Position numbers and translations under genes: made by a program | In this document: positions 20,078 to 29,300 of the stretch, piece by piece | How the letters are laid out: each line of letters opens with the position of its first letter | Numbering within the stretch: the first letter of the stretch is position 1 | Source: Faecousia sp. | Lineage (GTDB): Bacteria > Bacillota > Clostridia > Oscillospirales > Oscillospiraceae | Direction: 5' to 3' | Assembly (NCBI GenBank): GCA_045632785.1 | Contig: JAZQXK010000097.1 | Span: 1,536-65,535, forward strand | Length of the DNA: 64,000 bases | The notes under the pieces: generated by a model | What the model was told of the DNA's origin: nothing | What the model saw: only the letters and a program-made list of their open reading frames with translations | Databases searched by the model: none

Positions 20078-20771
20078 AACATCTGCCAAGGCCGCCTCTG
20101 TGGCCCTTTTGGAAGATGACCGCCTGCTGGCAGAAAGCTACCAGAATACCGGCCTGACTCACAGCCAGACCATCTTGTCCATGGCTGAGAATTTGCTGAA
20201 AAGCTGCGAGCTTACCCCCAGAGACCTGGATGCCGTTGCCGTTGCTGCCGGACCGGGAAGTTTTACCGGAATTCGTATCGGTGTTGCGGCTGCGAAGGGT
20301 TTTGTCTGGGGCCTGATGCTTCCCCTTTACGGTGTGTCCACCCTGGAAGCCATGGCTCGATCATTGGGACAGGAGTATGGTATCATCTGCGCTGCCATGG
20401 ATGCCAGAAGAAACCAGGTTTATAATGCTCTGTTCCGTGTAGAAAACGGTGAGCTGCATCGTCTTTGCGAAGATAGGGCCATCAGCCTGGAAGACTTAAA
20501 AAAAGATCTCGAAAATCTCTCCGAGGAAATATTTATGGTTGGCGATGGCGCTGTTTTGTGCTATAATACCATAGGTAATGAATATGCAAAGTGTCATTTG
20601 GTGCAGGAGCATCGCCGCCACCAGAGGGCGGCCGGCGTTGGTCTTGCTGCACTGGAGCAAATCGCCATGGGCATTTTGCCCGATGCAGCCGCCATGCAGC
20701 CCAGCTACCTGCGGCTATCGCAGGCAGAGCGTGAACGGTTGGAACGGCAACAGGCTACAGAAAATCTCTAA
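20058..20771 (+). CDS. tsaB: t6A biosynthesis protein TsaB
   Basis: ILAFETSAK, GPGSFTGIRIG and MDARRNQVY motifs. Confidence 0.96.
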   Translation: MRILAFETSAKAASVALLEDDRLLAESYQNTGLTHSQTILSMAENLLKSCELTPRDLDAVAVAAGPGSFTGIRIGVAAAKGFVWGLMLPLYGVSTLEAMARSLGQEYGIICAAMDARRNQVYNALFRVENGELHRLCEDRAISLEDLKKDLENLSEEIFMVGDGAVLCYNTIGNEYAKCHLVQEHRRHQRAAGVGLAALEQIAMGILPDAAAMQPSYLRLSQAERERLERQQATENL

Positions 20772-20793
20772 AAACAGAAAGGAAAGATAAACC

Positions 20794-21423
20794 ATGGGTA
20801 ATCTGAATGTATTAAATCATCCCCTCATCCAGCACAAGCTGTCTATCCTTCGCAGCAAGGACACCTCCGTCAAGGAGTTCCGTGAGCTGGTTGGTGAAAT
20901 TTCTGCGCTGATGTGCTACGAGGCAACCAGGAACCTTCCCACAGAAGAAATTGAGATCGAAACCCCTGTATCCACAGCAAAGGTACGCGTTCTGGCAGGC
21001 AAGAAACTAGCACTGGTTCCCATCCTTCGTGCAGGCCTTGGCATGGTAGATGCCATGGTCGATCTGATTCCTTCTGCAAAGATCGGTCACATTGGTTTGT
21101 TCCGTGATCCGGAGACCCATGAGCCTGTAAAATACTACTGTAAGATGCCCAAGGATATTGCCGATCGTCAGGTCTTTATCGTTGATCCCATGCTGGCTAC
21201 CGGCGGCAGTGCCGTTGCGGCAATTACCTTCTTGAAAGAGTACGGCTGCAAGCACATCACTCTTATGGACATCATTGCCGCCCCCGAGGGCATTGCCGCT
21301 GTCCGTGCCGCCCATCCCGATGTAGACATTTTCGTTGCTTCTGTTGACGAAAAGCTGGACGATCATGCTTATATCGTTCCCGGTCTGGGCGATGCCGGCG
21401 ACCGTATTTTCGGTACGAAATAA
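20794..21423 (+). CDS. upp: Uracil phosphoribosyltransferase
   Basis: [28 protein letters not shown] and [12 protein letters not shown] motifs. Confidence 0.97.
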   Translation: MGNLNVLNHPLIQHKLSILRSKDTSVKEFRELVGEISALMCYEATRNLPTEEIEIETPVSTAKVRVLAGKKLALVPILRAGLGMVDAMVDLIPSAKIGHIGLFRDPETHEPVKYYCKMPKDIADRQVFIVDPMLATGGSAVAAITFLKEYGCKHITLMDIIAAPEGIAAVRAAHPDVDIFVASVDEKLDDHAYIVPGLGDAGDRIFGTK

Positions 21424-21469
21424 ACGCACCCCTACCCTTCCGGGACAGGCTGTGCAAAAACTGTTTTTC

Positions 21470-21497
21470 TTGACATGTTTTCCCAATTTGCTATAAT
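21470..21497 (+). promoter_or_regulatory. SigA promoter of the PRTase gene
   Basis: TTGACA-16-TATAAT. Confidence 0.65.
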
Positions 21498-21554
21498 TAT
21501 TTTGTTAATGTTTTATTTTTCGGGCCAAGTCCGAATATGAGAGGATGGTAAAAT

Positions 21555-22109
21555 ATGGTTTATCCCATGACAATCGCGGGGCTGGATCGTGAGCTGCCCC
21601 TGTGCAAAGTAACCGACGACCTTTATATTGGCGCTTTCGTTATTTTCGGCGATCAGGAGCTGACCGTTGCCTGCGCCGCTGAGCTTTTGAAGAAGGCTCC
21701 CGAGTATGATTACCTCATCACTGCCGAGGCCAAGGGCATCCCCCTGATTCATGAAATGGCCCGCCAGAATGGGGACCAGAAGTACATCCTGGCCCGCAAG
21801 GGTGCAAAGCTCTATATGTCCGAAGTATTTGAGTGTGTTGTCAACTCCATCACCACCGCCAAAGAACAGCGGCTTTATCTGGATGTGGTGGATGCCAACC
21901 TGATGAAAGGCAAGCGCATCCTCGTTGTTGACGATGTCATTTCCACCGGCGAAAGCCTGCGGGCTCTGGAAACTCTGGTCAACATGGCAGGCGGCAACAT
22001 TGTGGGCCGTATGGCAATTCTGGCTGAGGGCGATGCTCTGAAGCGGGAGGATATCATCTATCTGGAAGAACTGCCTCTGTTTAACGCCGACGGCACCGTG
22101 AAAAAGTAA
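21555..22109 (+). CDS. Type I phosphoribosyltransferase (APRT-like)
   Basis: TAEAKGIPL and LVVDDVISTGES PRPP-binding motif. Confidence 0.88.
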   Translation: MVYPMTIAGLDRELPLCKVTDDLYIGAFVIFGDQELTVACAAELLKKAPEYDYLITAEAKGIPLIHEMARQNGDQKYILARKGAKLYMSEVFECVVNSITTAKEQRLYLDVVDANLMKGKRILVVDDVISTGESLRALETLVNMAGGNIVGRMAILAEGDALKREDIIYLEELPLFNADGTVKK

Positions 22110-22120
22110 GTCAAAATGTT

Positions 22121-22163
22121 CAAAACCCCGACCACTCCCAAAGGAGAATGGTCGGGGTTTTTG
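22121..22163. terminator. Bidirectional hairpin, related to the one at 32357
   Basis: AAAACCCCGACCA..TGGTCGGGGTTTT between convergent genes. Confidence 0.75.
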
Positions 22164-22167
22164 CAGT

Positions 22168-23066
22168 TTATCTGTGGATTATGGCGCACCGATTCGGCTG
22201 TACCATAGTGGATGATATGCCCATCTTCGGTGGATATGAGGGCATAAAGCTGCCCACCGCCCGCATAGTTACGCTCAAAGCCGTTTTGATCAAAGTAAGG
22301 CCCTGGAAGCAGGCCAGGGCATACCCGTCATCATAGAACCAAACGTGCTTTGGAGCCATTGTACGTTCCTGCATACCGCTTTCTACCAAATAGTCATAGA
22401 GATCCCATGTGTAGTGACTAAAAGCCACATCTCTGCAATCTCCATGGCGTGTTTCTGCAGCTCCGGATTGTCATAGCGATGATCCAAGGGAAAATCCCAG
22501 CACAACCCCTGATCGTGAGCTTCATATGTTGCCTTCAAGTTAAATTCCAAAATGTGACCCAATTCCGGTTTCCGGGCATAGGTTGATATAGTAATCTCCT
22601 TCAGTTCATCCTTGACTTCGATCTTTGCACCTTTTTTGGAGTCAACCCGGTAGAAGGTAAGGGTGTCATCTTCGTCAAAATAAAAACCGTCCCCCATCCG
22701 AACCCGGAACCAATCTCTCCGGAAGATACCAGATCCCTCCTCCATGGGATAGTTTCCGGCAGTAACCCACTGTGTCCTGGAAATACACCAGAAATCATCG
22801 TGATATGGGCGAATAGAAATAGTGCCCAGGAATGTATCTGTAATAATAGAAATCACTTCGCCGTACCGGAGTATTTGGCAAACATAAAGACCTTCGTGAG
22901 GCTGTATATACGTGGTGCCATCCTTGCTGGCCCAGTCGTAGCCGTCATCAACAACACTGTGGGACCAAGTGCTGGTTTTTCGCAATTTTGTATAACTACC
23001 CGCAAGATGTCCGGATTTTGTTATCATTTCGGCTGTCTTCGGCTTTCTGGTGGGCTCAACTTGCAA
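22168..23066 (-). pseudogene. Doubly frameshifted homologue of the repeat-module lipoproteins at 56.5-59 kb
   Basis: Three successive frames give ..NPELQKHAMEIAE / AFSHYTWDLYDYLVE..DDGYALACF / PYFDQNGFERNYAGGGQLYALISTEDGHIIHY, matching the module motifs in order. No intact signal peptide or start found. Confidence 0.65.
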
Positions 23067-23152
23067 AAAGAACTGTTGTTATAGTGCAAGAAAACCAAAT
23101 TTTATCGTTTTGTTTTGTGTATCATAACTATACAAATTGTGAGGATCGAATA

Positions 23153-23181
23153 TTGCAAAAACATGAATTTTGTGTTATAGT
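23153..23181 (+). promoter_or_regulatory. SigA promoter of the giant protease gene
   Basis: TTGCAA-17-TATAGT with a TG extension, about 135 nt upstream of the ATG. Confidence 0.55.
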
Positions 23182-23316
23182 AGGAGCATCAAGGAGCGAA
23201 TTGCCGCTTTATCGACATAGAGCGGATAGGCTCTGCATAAACACAGTATCTGTCATGGCGTTTCACCATGTAGATATAGAAACGGGGCAACCCGGTAATC
23301 GAAAGGAAGTACCAAT

Positions 23317-26300
23317 ATGAAACAACTGTTAAGCAAACGCATTGTACCACTACTTTTGGTGCTGGCTATGCTGATGGGCTTCGCTGTACCTGCAAATGCA
23401 GCAAAACCCCACACCGGTACCACGTCTTTGGAGTTCTCTCCCACGGAAGATGATGTCTCCATGTCCAGACTGGAAGACCCTGTGGATGTGGAGCAGCTTC
23501 AGCAAGATCCCTTGTACGCTGACACGGATATCATTCGTGTTTCCATTTTCTTAGAGCAGCCCTCCCTTTTGGAAATGGGCTACTCCACCATTGATCTCAG
23601 CACCAACGACCAGGCTATGATCCATCGGGATGGCCTAATGAAGGAACAGGCCAAGGTTGCTGACCGGATTGAAATAGCCCTGGCCGACAAGCTGGATGTG
23701 GTCTGGAACCTGACTCTGGCTGCCAACTTGATCTCTGCCAATGTTCCCTATGGCAAGATCGAGGCTATTGCCAATGTTCCCGGTGTTAAGGCTGTCATTC
23801 CCGAAACCCAGTATGAACCTGCCGTTGTGCAGCAGGAAGAAGCCGACCCCACCATGATTGCCGCTACCCCCATGACCGGTGCTGACTATGCCTGGTCTGT
23901 TGGCTACACCGGCGCGGGCAGCCGTATCGCTGTCATTGATACCGGCCTGGATACGGATCATCAGTCCTTCGACGAGTCTGCTTTCCTGTATTCCCTGGCT
24001 CATCAGGCAGGCCTCAAGGGCGAAGAAGCCGAGTCCTATGTTGCCGGTTTGGATCTGCTGGATGTGGATGAGATCGCTGCTGTTCAGGACAAGCTCAACA
24101 TCTCCATTGATCCCGCGCAGACATTCCTGAGCCAGAAGGTTCCCTTTGCCTATAACTACGTAGATGTTGACTATGATGTGACCCATGACAACGATACCCA
24201 GGGTGGTCACGGTTCTCACGTTGCCGGTATCGCTACCGCCAATGCCTTTATTCCCAAGGATGACGGCACCTTTGCCAATGCTCTGACTGAAACCCATGTT
24301 CAGGGTGTTGCCCCCGATGCACAGATTCTGATTATGAAGGTCTTTGGCAAGAACGGTGGTGCCTTTACTTCCGACTATATGGCTGCTATTGAAGATGCCA
24401 TTATGCTGGACTGTGACACCGTAAATCTGTCTCTGGGCTCTGCCAACCCCGGCCTGTCCCACTCTGTAGGCTATGAAGACTTCATGGAAGCTTGGGAAGC
24501 CTGCGACACAGCTGTGGTTATGGCTGCCGGTAACTCCGGAGCATGGGCAGATAAGTCCAGCACCGGCGTTCCCTACCTCTACGCCGAGGACGTGAACTTT
24601 GATACTGTTGGTTCTCCCGGTTCCTGGAGATACTCCATGTCTGTTGCTTCTGCCAACAACAACAGCCAGCATGTGCAGTATATTCAGGTTGGGGACACTA
24701 TGGTGACCTACAACCAGAGTTCCTATTCCAACGCCCCCATTGTTACCATTGCAGGTGACTATGAATATGTGTACATTGACGGCTTGGGTTCTGTTGAAGA
24801 ATGGGCTGCCGTGGGCGATACTCTGGCAGGCAAGGTTGCAGTTTGCAGCCGTGGCACACTGTCCTTCGCTGAGAAAGCCAACAACGCCGTTGCCGCAGGT
24901 GCTGTGGCTGTCATGATTTACAACAATCAGGACGGCACCATCAATATGGACCTGACAGACTACACCTACACCGCTCCTGTTGTTTCCATTACACAGGCTC
25001 ATGGTGCTGTTATGAAGCAGAATGCCGAAGCCGTGACCGACGATGCAGGCAATATCCTTTACTATCTGGGCAAGCTAAGCATTAAGGCAGAGCCCGGTAT
25101 CACCTCCACGGAGAGCGAATTTGTCACTATGAGCAGCTTCTCCTCCTGGGGCGTTGCCAGTGACCTGATCCTGAAGCCCGAGGTCACCACCCCCGGTGGC
25201 AGCATCTACTCCGTAGATGGTGAAGTGGATGGCGGCAAGGCCTATGTTACCAACTCCGGTACCTCCATGGCTGCCCCTCACGCCACCGGCTTGACTGCCC
25301 TCATTGCCCAGTATATCCGGGAAAATGATCTGGTTGCCAAGACCGGGCAGAGTCCCCGCCATCTAATCAACAGCTTGCTCATGTCCACCGCTACCCCCGA
25401 AATTGAGGAAGCCAGCGGTCACTATTGGTCCATCCTAAAACAGGGCGCCGGTATGGCCAATGCACCCGGTGCTATCTCTGCCGGTACTTACATCCTGATG
25501 GGTGCCAGTGCTACCGAGTTCTGGGCTGACGGCAAGGTAAAAGCCGAGCTGGGCCACGACCCCCAGCGCACCGGCCAGTATGACTTCATGTTCACGGTCA
25601 ACAACTTTAGCGATGTGGATAAAGCATACACCCTCAATGCCGACTTCTTCACCCAGGATATCCTCACCATTGGTGAATATGACTATCTGGATACCAAGAC
25701 CACTCCTATTGCTGCCAATGTTACTTACATGGTCAACGAAGAGCTCTACCGTCCTATGGGTACACTGGAATGTGACCTGAACGGCGACGGCGTTACCGAT
25801 GCGGCCGATGCCCAGATGATTCTGGAGTACTGCGCCGGTAATCTGGAAACCCTGGATCAGAAGGCCGATGTAAGCGGTGACGGCGTTATCTCTACCTATG
25901 ATGCCCACATGATCCTGAACAACATGGAAACCCAGGCCTTCGTGGTAAAGCCCGGCGAAACTGCATATGTTGAGGTGCGGATTGAACTGGACGAGAATGT
26001 GAAGGCATGGCTGGATGAGAACTATGTCAACGGCGCATATCTGGAAGGCTATGTATTTACTCTTCCTGTTACCAATGAAGAAGGCGAGATGGGCTTTGCC
26101 CACTCCATCCCTGTACTTGGCTTCTATGGCGACTGGAATGATGCTTCCTACTTCGAGAAGTCTAACTATTGGGATAAGCAGTACGGCACAGGCAAGCTCA
26201 ATTACACGCCTGAGGATCCTGAGGTTGGTGCTATGTTTGTCGGCCGTAAGGATTCAACTGTTGTTCGTGCAAAGGAAGCCAATCCCTACATGATCGAGGA

Positions 26301-29300
26301 TGAGGTTCCCTATGACCGTCTGGCTGTCCGCAGCGATGATCAGCTCTACATGATCCCCCTGACTACCGTCCGTCCCTCTGCAGCCATTGCAGCTGTCGCA
26401 TTGGATGAAAACGGAAAGGTTTACCGCCTGTTCAATGTAGAAACGCAGGGCATTCCCGCTTTCTACTATGTCAATTCGGGTCAGTGGACGAATACCCGTA
26501 TTTATAAGTTCCTGGTAACCCATTTCGGCTCTATGGGTGCATCCGAAGGCGAAAAGGTCAACTTTGCCTTTGTTGCCATCCCTGAAATGTATCTGAAGAC
26601 TCTGGCGCCTACTACGGAAGATATCGTAGGCACTATCGACTCCGGTGTTCTGGGCAAGGGCTGTTATCAGATCTACAGCATGACCATTGATAACACCGCT
26701 CCCGAGCTGCTGGATGTAAATAAGAGCCTGATGAATGGCAACCTGACCATTACTGCAAAGGATGAGCACTACATTGCTTCCATCCAGGTTCTCAGCTCCG
26801 ATGGCATGACAGTTTATGCAAATGTTCTGCCTGAGGCTACTGAGACCGGTCAGACTACCGTCACTACCATTGACCTCACCGGCTGCAACATCGGTGAGAA
26901 GTGCGTCATTGCTCTGGGCGACTACGCCGGCAATGAGACTCTCTATACAGTAAACTATGGCGGCGATGAGGCCAGTGAAGTTGGCACTCTGTACGCCTAT
27001 ACCGCCGATGCGTCCCGTGACGAAAACTCCGGCTGGTACAAGGTAGACCCCGATACCCTGTGGTACTACAACGCCTTCAATCAGGGCGGCATGGGGTGGC
27101 AGGCTGATTGCGACCTGACCATCAAGGCTGCTGAATATGTTGACGGCAAGGTCTTCGTCGCTGCCGATGACGGAAACTTCTACGTCACCGACCACGGCAA
27201 GTGGGACGAATTCAGCTTTGTGTGTAACTATTCCAGTGTCGTAAATAACATTTTCGACATGGCTTACAATCCTCAGGATGGCCTGTTCTACATTACCCAG
27301 GGCAGTGCATCCAACCTGTACACCATGAACCCTGCTACCGGTGAAGTGGCAAAGGGCCCCAAGGTTGAAGGTACGAAGCCCACTGGCGGTGCGCCTATCT
27401 ACCGCTACGCAAGATCCATTGCCATTGCCCCCGATGGCACCTTCTATATCACCAACTGGGGCAGCGGTACAGCCAAGAGTTATGTTTACAGCTTTACTCT
27501 GGATCAGCTTGCAACCAGCTATAAGGTAAATCCTGTAGGTGAAGGAAACGCTCTGGGCGTCAACACCGCACAGAATCCTACCCTTGCCTGGAACGAAACC
27601 AACCAGACCCTGTATCTGGCATGCAATCTCAAGACTGAGGCAGAGGAAAGCCAGATCCTGTACACGGTAGACCTGGAAACCGGTCTGGCAGTCAATGCGA
27701 ATACTGATCCTTACTATGACATTTATGCTGGTATTCTGTACGTCTCCACACCTGCTCTGTACACCATCAGCGACACCGCAGGCATGCTTTCTACTGTGGA
27801 TGTAGCTACCGGAATTACACTGAATTACAATGAACTGACGGTTCTCAAGGGCGCTGAGGTCACATTGAAGGCATCCGTTACTCCCTGGAACCTGAGTAAC
27901 AAGGCGTTGACCTGGGCTTCCTCCGATAACAGTGTAGTCCGTGTTGGCGTAGACGGCACCATTACCGCTCTGCAGACTGGCACTGCTACCATTACCGTCA
28001 CCACTGTGGCAGAACCCAAGCTCACTGCACAGTGCGTTGTCACTGTCAATGAGCTTCCCGATGTGCAGCTCACCGCTCAGATCACCGATTCCACCGGCAC
28101 CTGGTGGGCAGACTTCACCACCACCGATCCTGCCGGTTACACCAAGCTGGCTGAAAGCGACCGGTATATCGGCGGTGCTATGATCGACGATGCTTACTTC
28201 GATGATCAGCTCCTGGTTTATAACGACCAGTATAACCTGATGCTGGGTGTTGATATGGATAGCTTCAAGGTCGTTGCTGACTACGGCTATCTGGAAGACG
28301 GATGGTACTGGTCCGATGCAGCTCCCTGTCCCACCACCAAGGAAGGTTACTTCGGAGGAGTTGCTACCATCAGCCACCGCGGTCGTTACTTCATGATTGA
28401 GCATCCTGAGCGTTCTATGGAAGACTACTGGGTTCTTTATGATCCTTTCCTGAAGGATCCAATGGCAATGATTGCTTATGCGGAAAGCAGCACATTTGAA
28501 GGCAATCCCGCTATTTGGTACAAGGTCCTCACTGAAGGCGGTAACCTTTACGATCTGGTTTACTTCACTGCCGATAGAGGTACAACCTACAATGTTGGCC
28601 TTGGCTATATTGGTCAGACCGGTATTCAGCTCCCCTCTGCCGGTGCTGCTGTTGGCGTCTCCTATGGCTCCATGGTTTATGATGCAGAATCCGGCTATCT
28701 GGTAGCTGTTGTAGCCCCCGATAAGCAGGAAAGCAGCATCTACATGATCGACCCCGTTACCGCCATTGCTACCAAGGCGGGCAGCTTCGGCAGTGATGTA
28801 TGGCCTGTAAGCACTCTAACCCAGTACAAGCGTGCAGCCGATCTGGAAGTTGTGCTGAACAAGACTGAAGGTACCATGTACATCGGTGACTCCACCACTC
28901 TGTATGCCAAGGTTCGCCCCGCAGCCTGCAGTGATGCAGAGGTTATCTGGACTTCTTCTGATGAAACCATCGCAACCGTAAGCGATAACGGTGTTGTCAC
29001 CGCACTGAAGGAAGGCAAAGTGGAAATTGCTGCAACTGTAACTCATCCCGAGGACGCAACCAAGACCGCAAAGTCTGTCTGCGCCATTGAGATTAAGCCC
29101 TTGATGGCTCTGGACACCATGGTAAGCGCGCAGGTAGAAACTGCCGATGGTGTATATTGGATGGATATAGACCTGTCCGATATGAGCACCACTACTGTCC
29201 ATACTGCGGATGTGAAATATTTCGGCGGCGGATACTCCAATGGTTTTGTCTATGGTTCTGTTGGTGATCTGGAAAATGGTGGTTGGCACTATGCCACTTA

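Noticed and set aside
21424-21554. Purine/PRPP riboswitch or PyrR site upstream of the PRTase or upp
   Set aside because: The leader after the promoter is about 50 nt with no recognisable aptamer or PyrR loop.
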